Origin: Nitrosopumilaceae archaeon
GTDB taxonomy: Archaea; Thermoproteota; Nitrososphaeria; Nitrososphaerales; Nitrosopumilaceae
Assembly: GCA_965214835.1 (NCBI GenBank)
Contig: CBDCCK010000002.1
Span: 3,054,430-3,086,429 of the forward strand
Direction: 5' to 3'
Length of the DNA stretch: 32,000 bases
Shown one piece after another: positions 1-8,987 of this stretch. Each line of letters starts with the position of its first letter. Positions within the stretch are counted from its first letter, which is position 1. The notes beneath the pieces are model-generated. The model was not told the origin of the DNA. It made no database searches and saw only the letters and a list, made by a program, of their open reading frames with translations. The translations under genes were made by a program, and so were the position numbers.

Positions 1-323
1 CATACGCGCAAACTTTGCATTATCTCAAGCAGGCGCGCAAAAAGTGGGGAAAGGTCCTGATGGCGATGGACAACGCAATACAGCACAAGACCAGCAAGGT
101 TCGCAGATACCTAAAGAAAAATCCCGACGTTGTCCTGCCGTACCTGCCGGTAGCCAGGCCGGAGCTGAGCGCCACAGAGGCAGTCTGGAAGGATGCCAAG
201 TACAGGCTGGTCACGCCGGCCTTTTATGACGCGGCGGATCACCTCAAAAGGGCCGTCTCGGAATACTTTAGGACGTGTTCCATCAAGATTGACATCTACA
301 GGTATCTTGAGCGCAGCGTGTAA
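1..323 (+). pseudogene. IS630 transposase C-terminal fragment
   Basis: ORF 15..323 aligns with the C-terminus of ORF 24154..24966 (VMDNAAQHKT..., ARPELSVIEAVWKDAKY...). Near position 18 copy A reads gcaaactttgcattatc where copy B reads gcaaactttgtgcattatc, a 2-nt deletion that breaks the frame. Confidence 0.8.
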
Positions 324-353
324 GGGAGGCGAAATTTTCAATGACCATCAGTA
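1..353 (+). mobile_element. IS630-family element, 3' portion (copy A), truncated by the window edge
   Basis: Strongly similar to the 3' part of the complete IS630 at 23905-24997. The right terminal repeat ggcgaaattttcaatgaccatcagta (328-353) matches that element's right end. It is followed by a TA dinucleotide (354-355). Confidence 0.9.
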
Positions 354-410
354 TAGTCCTAATGACGTCTCATGGTTTTCAGGAATTCTGGCGAGCTAGG
401 CTACAACCTG
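354..410 (-). repeat. Diverged remnant of the 129-bp MITE family, adjoining the IS630 end
   Basis: tagtcctaatgacgtctcatggttttcaggaattctggcgagctaggctacaacct resembles the reverse complement of the left part of the MITE at 23306-23434 (tagtccggataacatcgtatgattttcagaaattctgacgaattaggcgacaacccc). Confidence 0.65.
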
Positions 411-549
411 CTTTGCATGTGCAAATCATCCGCACCGGACGCAAGATGGGATGGGATGCCCGCCTTCTGGCTATTCAGGCGGCATGGCGCAAGTGGCAGT
501 GACAGCGATCCCCCATTTCAGCACCATCAAAGGCTAGCGGCACCGCGCA

Positions 550-1842
550 GTGGCAGAATTATATCCCAGAGTCTTGCACAAGAACCGATTGGAAAGGCTG
601 GAGTTTGACTTGGTAGTCGTCGGGGGAGGGCCGGCAGGATCCTCGGCAGCATACGCGGCATCAAAGGCCGGACTGAGGGTCGGACTGGTTGAAAAGGAGT
701 CGTCCATTGCAGAGTCTGTTCGGACCAGCGGCGTCACCTGGATCGAGGAGGTTGAAAGGTACGGAATCCCCGAGGACTGCTACAACCCGGTCAGCAAATT
801 CGTGTTTTGCTCGCCAAACAACAAGGCCAGCATAGGGGACTCGGTTGCGCGCTCCGCGGTGCTAGACGTAAGAAAGACGTACCGGTGGCTGGCATCGGAG
901 GCAGAGTCCGAGGGCGCCCAAATCCACGTCGGCACCTCTGTAAGATCTGCAATCAAGGACGGGTCCGGCAGGATAGCAGGGGTCAGGGCCACAAGGCGTG
1001 GGGGCGAGGTAGAGTTCCACGGCAGGATGGTCATAGACGCAAGCGGTTTTCAGTCAACCGTCGCAAGATCGCTTGGACTGGTCGGGCAGTGGAGAAGGTT
1101 CGGGGCCGGTGCAGAGTACGAGGCAAGGGTGGAGCATGTGGATCCGGACACGTGGTGGCTGATGGTTGGGCAAAAGTACTCTCCGGCCGGATACGCCTGG
1201 ATTTTTCCACTAGACGGCAGGACTGCAAGAATCGGCGTGGGCATCGGAAAGCCGGACTCCCAGGTGGATCCCGCTGCAAGGCTTGATGAGCTCATAGAAA
1301 ACAGGGAGGGGCCGATCGCGGATCTTGGAAGAATCGAGCCAATAGAGTTCCATTACGGGCTGATACCAAATGACGGCCTTGCAAGAAGGACGGTCTATGA
1401 CAACCTGATCCTCGTGGGGGACGCCGCAGGCCAGGCAAACCCCCTGGTTCTGGAGGGAATACGCTACGCCATAAGATTCGGCAGGATAGCAGGGGAGGTG
1501 GCATCAAGGGCGGTAAATGCAGGCGACACGTCCGAGGGGGGGCTGGCAGAGTACGAGGAGCGCTGGAAGAAGGAAATCGGATCCAAGGTGGCCTCGGCGG
1601 GGAGGGTGCAGGAGAGGTGGATGGGACTGACCGATGAGGAATGGGACAGGGAGCTTGACATAATCGGCGAGCTCAGGCCCGGGGAGTTCCTGGACTTTAT
1701 CAGGGCCGACTTTGGACTGCCGGACATGCTAAGGCTTGCGGCCAGCCATCCAAAGCTGGCAGTCAGGCAGCTGTTCTCCATGGTCAAAAATGCCGCAGGA
1801 TCCATGGGACGCAACAGCTCGGGCTCTGGAGGCCATTCCTGA
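550..1842 (+). CDS. Geranylgeranyl reductase family FAD-dependent oxidoreductase (archaeal lipid saturation type)
   Basis: N-terminal dinucleotide-binding motif DLVVVGGGPAGSSAAYAAS, then GVTWIEEVERYGIP and NLILVGDAAGQANPLVLEGIRYAI typical of the family. The start is uncertain (GTG 550, or the TTG near 589). Confidence 0.88.
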   Translation: MAELYPRVLHKNRLERLEFDLVVVGGGPAGSSAAYAASKAGLRVGLVEKESSIAESVRTSGVTWIEEVERYGIPEDCYNPVSKFVFCSPNNKASIGDSVARSAVLDVRKTYRWLASEAESEGAQIHVGTSVRSAIKDGSGRIAGVRATRRGGEVEFHGRMVIDASGFQSTVARSLGLVGQWRRFGAGAEYEARVEHVDPDTWWLMVGQKYSPAGYAWIFPLDGRTARIGVGIGKPDSQVDPAARLDELIENREGPIADLGRIEPIEFHYGLIPNDGLARRTVYDNLILVGDAAGQANPLVLEGIRYAIRFGRIAGEVASRAVNAGDTSEGGLAEYEERWKKEIGSKVASAGRVQERWMGLTDEEWDRELDIIGELRPGEFLDFIRADFGLPDMLRLAASHPKLAVRQLFSMVKNAAGSMGRNSSGSGGHS

Positions 1843-1919
1843 CTTTAGGCACGGATTGCACTCGATCGGGTTTCCGGGGGGCAAAATCCGCACCTGAGAT
1901 TCCAGATCCCTGGCAGCTA

Positions 1920-4877
1920 CTAGGGAACCGTAAAAAAGTCGGTGACGGTCAGGTCGTGATACTGCAGCTGCGCCACATGCACCCCGGACTGGAACGGCCC
2001 GGCCAGCCGCTCGCTGAACATCCCGCCTGCGCTGTCCTTGAGGTGCACGGACTCTACCAGATTCCCCCGCTGATCAAAGATGTCAACGTACAGATCCTCG
2101 CTGAACGCGAGCATCTTCTGAACGGCGCCGGAGAGCAGTAGCGTGTCTCCGTCAAGATGGGCGTCAATCACCGCAGAGCGGTGCCTGACGGGCAGATAAC
2201 GCTCGATGAACCGCTCAAGATCCTCCAGCCTGTCACCTACAAGCAGGTCGTTTCGCTCTGAAAGACCCAGCCTGATCTGCTGCATGGCATCTATGATTCT
2301 CGGATTGTCGTGCTGCGAGCCCCCAAACTCCTTGACAAAGCCCTCCAGCTCCATGAACTCCCTTGCCAGCTCCACAGAGTCAAGCTCGGCTAGGCGCGGC
2401 GTATACTGGACATCATCCACAATGTTGGCTATCTGCGATGCCTGCATGTTCTGATACTGCAACATTACGACGTACAGTCCGGGGTCAGTCGGCGCCACCC
2501 ACTGGGTAAAGAAGTTTCCCTGCCTCGTGTCTGTAAACTCCAGAAAGCTGTGCATGTCTCCGTTCATGTCGTATATCGTAACGTACAGGTTCTCGCGCCT
2601 GTCCATTATCTGCTTTTCTACCGCACCCTGCAGCGTCCAGATGTCTCTCTCAGGGCTGTACGAAATATCGTACATTATGCCCGCGCTCCTCAGTGGCAGG
2701 TGCTCTGCCAGGTACTGGCCTATGGACTTGATTTTTTGGTCGACGTCTATAAAGTTGCCATACTCGATCAGATCATATGCCTCGTCCATCATCTGGTGGT
2801 ATTGCTCAGAATGTGCGTCAAAGTCAGAGTTGTAAAACGAGGACACCACGCTAGAGTACGCCTCGAGCTGTTCCCTGAACTTTATCCTCTGGAGCTCGTC
2901 TATGGAATAGCCAACATCTGAGCTGTGCGGATCATCAGAGTACGCGCCAGATATGAGCCTCCATTCGGCAAACAGCTCGCGGACAAGGTGATCGGCGGCC
3001 TCGAGATCGTTTTGCATTACCAGGCCCCTGGCACCGTCCAGCCTGTTTTTGATCGAGTCGGTAAAGTCGGTAAAGCCCGGCAGGAACTGGTTTTTGCGCA
3101 GGCTCAGGTCGGCAAGGTTTTCTATTGATTTGGCACGCTGCAGTATGTCGGCTGCCTTTGTCTCACTGTCGGACTGGGCGCCCTCTTCCAGATCAGAGCG
3201 TATGGAGGGGGCAATCCTGCTTGCCCAGGATAGCAGCAGCTCAGAGCGGTCTATTTTTGAGGAGGCTGCCGAAGAGCCGGCCTGCTCTGCAGAGTGTATT
3301 GCCTGCAGGGCCTGGTTAATCAGTATCAGGTTCTTGTGATCTGCCTGCAGCTCCGCCTTTTGTTTTAGCCGCTCAAACTCAAGCTTCATGGAGATGGTGG
3401 GGTGGCGCGTGTCACGAAGCTCGGAGATGTGCGCATCAAACGTAGAGACCACCAAGAGGATCTCGTCGATTGTCGTGGCGTCATTTACGTCCCGCATCAG
3501 CGACTCCCATTCTGCAACGTTCTCGGCGCCGGTGTCCTGGGCGATTTCCAGGGACTTTGACAGTCGTGAGGAGATCTCAATTACGTCCTTCATGTCCCGG
3601 ATATCGTCCCGGGAGTCCAGTATGTCCCCCGTCGAGGAGGCAAACTCCAGCTGGGACGAAAGCGAGTCCCATGTCGGCTTTATGATGTTTGCAAGATCAG
3701 AGTTTTCTGCCTCATCAGATGAGATAAACCGGTCAACCGTGTCCAGGTTGCGCAAGAGTAGCGCGGCCGCATGCAGCTTGTCCACATCGGATTTTGATTC
3801 CAAGAGATCGCCAATACTGGTCTTTTCAGGCAGAAGGATGCGCAGCGTGTTCCAGTCGGAGCTTACCAGCCGGTACAGGGGAGTGTCCTTTCTGGATACG
3901 ATATCCAGGTAGCGGGACTTTGAGAGCATGTCCACCAGATCGGATATGTCATCTGAGAACAGCGGAGCGGTTCCGCGTGCCAGGATGAAGGCGATCTCCT
4001 CTTTGACCTCACGGTTCATCACGGTGTCGGTTTTTGTCATCAGGTTAAGCAGGGTCTCCTCCAGCTCTGAAAATGTCAGTTGCCGCGGCTCGGCTTTGAC
4101 AGGATTGACGTTTTTGAGCTGCTCGAATGCGTCGTTGATGTGCAAGACTGCACGCCCGGTGTCCCCCATCTCATAGTAAAATATCGCAGAATATACAGAA
4201 CGGTCTATCTGGTCGGAGATCTTAAAGCCGATCTCCCCGGATTCCAAAAGAGCCTCGTTTGAATCGATTGCGGTGCTTACAGCCGGGCGAAATATCGGAT
4301 CCACGCCAAGTATCGCATCCTCGATTAAAAACTGATCCCACAAGTCAACATACAGGGCCTCAAGCTCCGAAAGGGTCGCCGCAGAGTCAAGCCTTGCCTG
4401 GTATCCGGACAGATCCAGGTCGGAGGCGTCGGCCACTGACTGGATTTTCTGGCCAGTCAGCTCCATGGCACGGTCATAAAGCAGTGAATCGCTCGGGGTA
4501 GCATAAGCCCCAGAGACTGAGAATGTAGATGATTTGGTATGATCGCCATAAAAGAGCCTCAGATCGTAGCTGCCCTCAATGCCGCAGACGCCTCCAGACA
4601 GCGAGATCGGGTCGGTCAGAAACACGCCGTTGGACAGTGTGGTCAGCTGCTGGATATGGCACAGATCGCCATTGGGATTTGTGATCTGCAGCACCAAGAA
4701 TGCATCAGGAAGGACGCTGGCCACGGCTCCAAAGACAAACATACTCTCCCCGCTCTGGTAGGTTCCCAAGTTGTCCAAGATGGCAATACGTTCCGATGTT
4801 TGCGCAAATGCGTTTGCAGGCGTCAGTAGGACGGCGAATAATATCGACACTGTTAGCAGGCGTCTCACGGTAATCAC
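1920..4877 (-). CDS. Large secreted protein (985 aa) with signal peptide and three Ig-like/macroglobulin-like beta modules around a helical middle
   Basis: Signal peptide MITVRRLLTVSILFAVLLTPANAFAQ. Similar segments near the N-terminus (GESMFVFGAVASVLPDAFLVLQITNPNGDL), near residue 770 (TLQGAVEKQIMDRRENLYVTIYDMNGDM) and at the C-terminus (LLLSGAVQKMLAFSEDLYVDIFDQRGNL). Long uninterrupted frame. Confidence 0.85.
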   Translation of the reverse strand: MITVRRLLTVSILFAVLLTPANAFAQTSERIAILDNLGTYQSGESMFVFGAVASVLPDAFLVLQITNPNGDLCHIQQLTTLSNGVFLTDPISLSGGVCGIEGSYDLRLFYGDHTKSSTFSVSGAYATPSDSLLYDRAMELTGQKIQSVADASDLDLSGYQARLDSAATLSELEALYVDLWDQFLIEDAILGVDPIFRPAVSTAIDSNEALLESGEIGFKISDQIDRSVYSAIFYYEMGDTGRAVLHINDAFEQLKNVNPVKAEPRQLTFSELEETLLNLMTKTDTVMNREVKEEIAFILARGTAPLFSDDISDLVDMLSKSRYLDIVSRKDTPLYRLVSSDWNTLRILLPEKTSIGDLLESKSDVDKLHAAALLLRNLDTVDRFISSDEAENSDLANIIKPTWDSLSSQLEFASSTGDILDSRDDIRDMKDVIEISSRLSKSLEIAQDTGAENVAEWESLMRDVNDATTIDEILLVVSTFDAHISELRDTRHPTISMKLEFERLKQKAELQADHKNLILINQALQAIHSAEQAGSSAASSKIDRSELLLSWASRIAPSIRSDLEEGAQSDSETKAADILQRAKSIENLADLSLRKNQFLPGFTDFTDSIKNRLDGARGLVMQNDLEAADHLVRELFAEWRLISGAYSDDPHSSDVGYSIDELQRIKFREQLEAYSSVVSSFYNSDFDAHSEQYHQMMDEAYDLIEYGNFIDVDQKIKSIGQYLAEHLPLRSAGIMYDISYSPERDIWTLQGAVEKQIMDRRENLYVTIYDMNGDMHSFLEFTDTRQGNFFTQWVAPTDPGLYVVMLQYQNMQASQIANIVDDVQYTPRLAELDSVELAREFMELEGFVKEFGGSQHDNPRIIDAMQQIRLGLSERNDLLVGDRLEDLERFIERYLPVRHRSAVIDAHLDGDTLLLSGAVQKMLAFSEDLYVDIFDQRGNLVESVHLKDSAGGMFSERLAGPFQSGVHVAQLQYHDLTVTDFFTVP

Positions 4878-4934
4878 GATCTAAACCACCTTACTTAAGC
4901 TTTAAGCACGACTTGCACGCCTATTTCATATGAT

Positions 4935-5944
4935 AATTAGTTCCGCCTAACATTTGTATCCTTCATCCATTTGGGGTCGCTTTTCCTGATCGCTTTTGTG
5001 GCCTCCCGGCTCCGGAACGCCATCCTGGGCGTCTCGGCATGCTTGATGTCAAGCGACCAGTGCGTCCTGCGCTCGTTGTAGAACTCGATGAACTCGTCTA
5101 CTTTGTCAAAGTGCGTCAGCTCCTTCTCAAGCGTTCCGAACCACCTCTCCAGCTTGCCGTTGGTCTGCGGATGGTACGGACGTGAGTTGAGCAGAGTGAT
5201 GTTGCGCTCCAACAGCTCGTCCTCAAACAGCGTGGGCATCCAGCTGCCCCCGGGGGGTGCCGCGCCTGGCCGACGTAAAGCAGCTGCCGTTGTCCGAGAG
5301 TATCTGGGCCGGCGTCCCGAACTCCCGGATGGCCCTGCGCAGCACCAAGACTGCGTTCTCCGATGTCGCGTGCTCAAATACGCCGAATCCGGTTATGCAC
5401 CGCGAAGAATCGTCAAGATACGCCTGCCAGATTGAGCTTTTGTAGGCGTGGATCCTTCATTTCGTGCCAGTCTGTGTGCCACATTGTGTTGTAATACATG
5501 CGCTCATAGCGCAGCCATTTGAGCTGTCTGGATCTTCCTGGCGAGCTGCCCGTGATTCCCTCGGCCTTCATGATCCCGTATACCTAATAGTAGCTTATCT
5601 GCCTGCGGCCCTCATGCGCAATGCCAGCCGCTCCGCACCCGACGGCATCTGGGAATATGCGTCAAGGACCGCCCTGACATCCCCGGGATCCATGCCCATG
5701 CCGGGCCTTCCTGCCCCGTTCTGCGGCAGGACCGTGCCGGATCTACGGAACCTGGCCCATATCTTCCCGACGTACCTGTCGCTGATGCCCAGCTCCCGGG
5801 CTATCTGCCTTGCAGGCACGCCCTTTTTTCTCTGCCTTTCTATGTACCGGAGCGACTTTTTCCCCAATCTTTTCCTCGCATTTTTTGATCGGTACAGCCT
5901 GAAATAATCCTTCAAAGTACGCCTGATCTTAGGCGGAACTAATT
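4935..5944 (-). mobile_element. IS481-like insertion sequence, about 1010 bp, decayed
   Basis: Perfect 16-bp inverted repeats AATTAGTTCCGCCTAA (4935-4950) and TTAGGCGGAACTAATT (5929-5944). Near-direct flanks TTCATATGAT (4925-4934) and TTCGTATGAT (5945-5954). Encodes HTH and rve-type fragments. Confidence 0.82.
4937..5377 (-). pseudogene. IS481-like transposase, integrase-core C-terminal part (frame disrupted)
   Basis: NSRPYHPQTNGKLERWFGTLEKELTHFDKVDEFIEFYNERRTHWSLD is characteristic of rve integrase cores. A DNG segment lies upstream in another frame. Confidence 0.85.
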
Positions 5945-5969
5945 TTCGTATGATAGAGTACGTGGTCAT
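5595..5969 (-). pseudogene. IS481-like transposase, N-terminal HTH part
   Basis: YIERQRKKGVPARQIARELGISDRYVGKIWARFRRSG...GAGRP is a helix-turn-helix followed by a GRP linker. The predicted ATG lies outside the proposed element boundary. Confidence 0.75.
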
Positions 5970-6043
5970 CTGCCCCTAGCAATCATGTACGGATCTGCCT
6001 GCATCTGTGATCTTCATGCCCAGATAGGAGGACGTGACTTCAA
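5959..6043 (+). repeat. ~90-bp hairpin/MITE family, copy 1
   Basis: tacgtggtcatctgcccctagcaat...tgtgatcttcatgcccagatag..gaggacgtgac aligns with copy 4 (16745-16833). Confidence 0.7.
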
Positions 6044-6310
6044 TTCTGGCTAGGGGTTATCCTATTGCCCTCCTTGCTACCGTATAATACGGTACTTTTA
6101 TATCATATTTGATCGCATGTATGGCATGCAAAATACAGCATTCCTTCAAAGAATGGCCTACGCAAAATCCTCTGCACGAGAAGTCAGATGCCATGTATGT
6201 GGGAGTGTTTGGAGGACGGATTTTCAATCACCGCCAAATCATTGCGAAATGACACTCCAGTGTTTTGCGACATTCGTTACAAGATGCAGTATAAGTGAGG
6301 GCAAGCCATC

Positions 6311-6697
6311 ATGAACCCGCAGGACGATTCAAGAAGATTTAGGGAGATTGTGATGGACAACTCCTTTCTGATTGCAATAGTCGCGACAGGGGGAGTCATT
6401 CTGTCAGCTGGGTTGGATCCGTTTCGCTCAGAGATGCTGCAGGCCTTGGGAGGTGCCTTTATTATCGCCGGCTCCGTAGGAATATACATGATGCTGGCAA
6501 CGCGCCGGGTAGTAAGGAGCCTTCACAATCGGTTTGACGCACTCGATGATGCCCTGAAAACCCATACTGAAATCCTCAAGGAAATGGCCTCATCCCAGAA
6601 GGAAATGGCCTCATCCCAGAATCAAAACCATAGCGAGATGATTGGTGTCATGACAAGGGTGATCTCCTCCTTGGAAAGGATAGAGAAAAAACTCTGA
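6311..6697 (+). CDS. Small membrane protein with C-terminal coiled coil (128 aa)
   Basis: Two hydrophobic segments (FLIAIVATGGVILSAG, LGGAFIIAGSVGIYMML) followed by a charged helical tail that includes a tandem KEMASSQ duplication. Confidence 0.6.
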   Translation: MNPQDDSRRFREIVMDNSFLIAIVATGGVILSAGLDPFRSEMLQALGGAFIIAGSVGIYMMLATRRVVRSLHNRFDALDDALKTHTEILKEMASSQKEMASSQNQNHSEMIGVMTRVISSLERIEKKL

Positions 6698-6947
6698 TGT
6701 GCTGTAAAACATCCCTACACTGCAAGACAGGAGGCTGAAAACCATGGTATGTAACTATCTTCCCAAGTGTTTCTTTTTGAACTTCTCTTGTAGTGCAAGA
6801 CAGGAGGTTGAAAGGAAGTTTGGATTTCGTAATGTGAGCGGGATAACCAGCCGCAGTCATGGTGCAGAACGTGTAGGAAATCATAGCAACGTAACACAAT
6901 ATCGGCATTACCAACAGCCATAATTAGCATCTGAAACGAGTGTTGAC

Positions 6948-7056
6948 GTAACAGATCGGGCCCTGGAAGTTCAGGCATGAGTCTTATCACCGAAGATGCA
7001 TTCGCAGATGTAATTCATGCCTAAAGTCGTAAATCACTTCGAGTCTGAGCTGTTAC
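6948..7056. repeat. 109-bp IS66-end MITE, copy 2
   Basis: Ends gtaacagatcgggccctggaagttcaggcatga and cttcgagtctgagctgttac match the ends of the IS66 at 25018-26853. Its reverse complement aligns with 7792-7900, which has the same length. Confidence 0.75.
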
Positions 7057-7083
7057 AAACAAAGAGCAGTTGGAGACGACGGG

Positions 7084-7686
7084 TCAGCACCCATAGGATT
7101 GTGCCCATTCTGATGTCGCAAACTCACTGGCACTGCAAAGATCAGTGGGAAGATAGCCGTTGCCAGAGTCCAGCAGCGCCTGGTTTAGGTTCTGGCCGTT
7201 GCAGTATACGGCACCGACGATTCTTCCATAGCTGCCCTCCTGCTGTCCGTCATCCTCGTCAACCAGGACAGTCGAGCCGACAGGGCATGCGCCTTTTATG
7301 AACAGCGTGGCAGCCTCCCCTCCGTCCTCGTATTTCTCAGGTGCAAAGGACAGGGCAAGGCGAACCGACTGCCCGTCGACTTTGAGCGTATCGCCATCCA
7401 CGATCTCAGTGACCTGGCCTGAAAGGCACCTGGCCTCGCCGCTGCACTGAAACGTTCCGGGAATGGTAAACGCAAACATCACCCCGATCACGGCAAGCAT
7501 GATCGGGATGACTGCAAGCTGTTTTGGCTTCACACAGCATGGTGGCTTTACAAAAACAAAAGAATTTCCATCATGGAAAAATCCAAGGACAAGACTGCTT
7601 TCAAAGCAGGACATGGCAGGCGGGGAGGGCTGCGGGGCCAGCGGCATACGGCATGGCGGGGGATTTTGCAGGTCTTGGCGCCGCAC
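7084..7686 (-). CDS. SNase-like (thermonuclease/micrococcal nuclease fold) protein with N-terminal membrane anchor or signal
   Basis: ARCLSGQVTEIVDGDTLKVDGQSVRLALSFAPE is the SNase signature, followed by GSTVLVDEDDGQQEGSYGRIVGAVYCNGQNLNQALLDSGNG. A hydrophobic helix precedes the domain. The start codon is probably internal. Confidence 0.8.
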   Translation of the reverse strand: MRRQDLQNPPPCRMPLAPQPSPPAMSCFESSLVLGFFHDGNSFVFVKPPCCVKPKQLAVIPIMLAVIGVMFAFTIPGTFQCSGEARCLSGQVTEIVDGDTLKVDGQSVRLALSFAPEKYEDGGEAATLFIKGACPVGSTVLVDEDDGQQEGSYGRIVGAVYCNGQNLNQALLDSGNGYLPTDLCSASEFATSEWAQSYGC

Positions 7687-7732
7687 ATGCCATAGTATGT
7701 AATATCACATACAGTTGAAAATCAAACATTTG

Positions 7733-7790
7733 TACGAGGTCACCTGCCCCCATCAGCCAGGCACGAATTAGCGACCTAGTACGATCTTTT
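7733..7790 (+). repeat. ~90-bp hairpin/MITE family, copy 2 (truncated)
   Basis: tacgaggtcacctgcccccatcagccaggcacgaatta matches the left arm of copies 3 and 4. The rest is lost or replaced by the MITE that begins at 7792. Confidence 0.6.
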
Positions 7791-7791
7791 A

Positions 7792-7900
7792 GCAACAGCT
7801 CGGGCTCGAAGTTGTTCCTGATTTCAGGCACGAATCTGCTCAAGGGGGATCCTCGAGGTGGCAAAACTCACACCTGAACTTCCAGAGCACGAGCTGCTAC
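7792..7900. repeat. 109-bp IS66-end MITE, copy 1
   Basis: gcaacagctcgggctcgaagttgttcctgatttcaggcacgaatctg matches the IS66 left end. ctgctcaagggggatcctcgaggtggcaaaactcacacctgaacttccagagcacgagctgctac matches the IS66 right end (26797-26853). Confidence 0.85.
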
Positions 7901-8114
7901 AAAAAAGCAAAGGTCACATGTTGTTTGTACTGGGTAACAGAGTCGAAGTTTTGATCAGGCTTGATCGTGATGGCAAAGAATTGTACTTTATGGATTGTAA
8001 CGATATTGGTACGCTGTAGCTAATTCTCGGAGATTATATGATGTGGCGTATCAAGTAAAAGGAATGATTTGATTGAATTTACTCTGATCCGTAAGCAGTG
8101 AATCGTCGTTATTG

Positions 8115-8204
8115 TGCATGGTCACCTGCCCCTGCCAACCAGGCGCGAATTGGCATGTATGACTATGGTTTTTGTGCCTGCCAATAAGGGGGCGTGATAT
8201 CGTA
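8115..8204 (+). repeat. ~90-bp hairpin/MITE family, copy 3
   Basis: tgcatggtcacctgcccctgccaaccaggcgcgaattggcatgtat...tgcctgccaataagggggcgtgatatcgta. The two arms are imperfect inverted repeats. Confidence 0.75.
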
Positions 8205-8269
8205 CGATCATTTTTCATCAAAGTATGCCCGCCCTGGGGGTTTCGCATCGGTGATGCCAATGCAGTACA

Positions 8270-8923
8270 TTGAAATTAGATTCACAGGCACATGCCAGCA
8301 TGGATTCGGTGCAGAGGCTGTTTGACAGATGGTCAGATGTTGGCAGGGCAGAGTTGATGGAAAAAGAGCACGGAAGGCCGGTGAGGGAGTTTTTAAAAAA
8401 GGCGGATCTGAAAAAGCCGTTTACGTTTTTGGACATCGGCTGCGGAAACGGATGGGTCGTCAGGATGGTTTCGGGCCTAGACAGCTGCAAAAAGGCAACA
8501 GGAATAGACAAAAGCGAGAAAATGATCAGAAATGCCAGGTCAAAGATCTCCTCAAGAAAAGAGGAGTATTTTGTTGAGGACATAGATAGGTGGGGGACCA
8601 GGAGAAAGTTCGACAGGATATTTTCCATGGAGACCATATACTACACCGAATCGCCGGAGAGTACACTGAGGAAGATCTTCGGTCTGCTGAATCCAGGTGG
8701 GATGTTTTTTTGCGGTACCGACTTTTATGCAGACAACAGGGCAACCGCAGGCTGGTCTGAGAGGATGAGCCTGAGGATGCACCTGCTCTCAAGAAGGGAG
8801 TGGAGGGGACTGTTTGAGGATGCGGGGTTTGAGGCCAAAACAGCACTCATCAAAGACAAGGCAGACCGCAAAAAATGGAAGCGGGAGTTGGGAACCTTGT
8901 TCATCACGGGGACTAGGGACTAA
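8270..8923 (+). CDS. Class I SAM-dependent methyltransferase
   Basis: FTFLDIGCGNGWVVRMVSGL (motif I), ATGIDKSEKMI, FDRIFSMETIYY, LRKIFGLLNPGGMFFCG. The start may be internal (ATG 8297). Confidence 0.88.
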   Translation: MKLDSQAHASMDSVQRLFDRWSDVGRAELMEKEHGRPVREFLKKADLKKPFTFLDIGCGNGWVVRMVSGLDSCKKATGIDKSEKMIRNARSKISSRKEEYFVEDIDRWGTRRKFDRIFSMETIYYTESPESTLRKIFGLLNPGGMFFCGTDFYADNRATAGWSERMSLRMHLLSRREWRGLFEDAGFEAKTALIKDKADRKKWKRELGTLFITGTRD

Positions 8924-8987
8924 GTTGTAGGGATATGGTTCCCTCCCATTAAGAGCCGGGGCATGAGGCTATGTTCTGGATTGTCGC

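Noticed and set aside
1464-1814. 116-aa minus-strand ORF inside the reductase gene
   Set aside because: Antisense to a well-supported family protein, with no recognisable motif.
3388-3912. 174-aa plus-strand ORF antisense to the large secreted-protein gene
   Set aside because: It lies fully inside the 985-aa minus-strand CDS and has a low-complexity Ser/Arg composition expected of a shadow ORF in GC-rich DNA.
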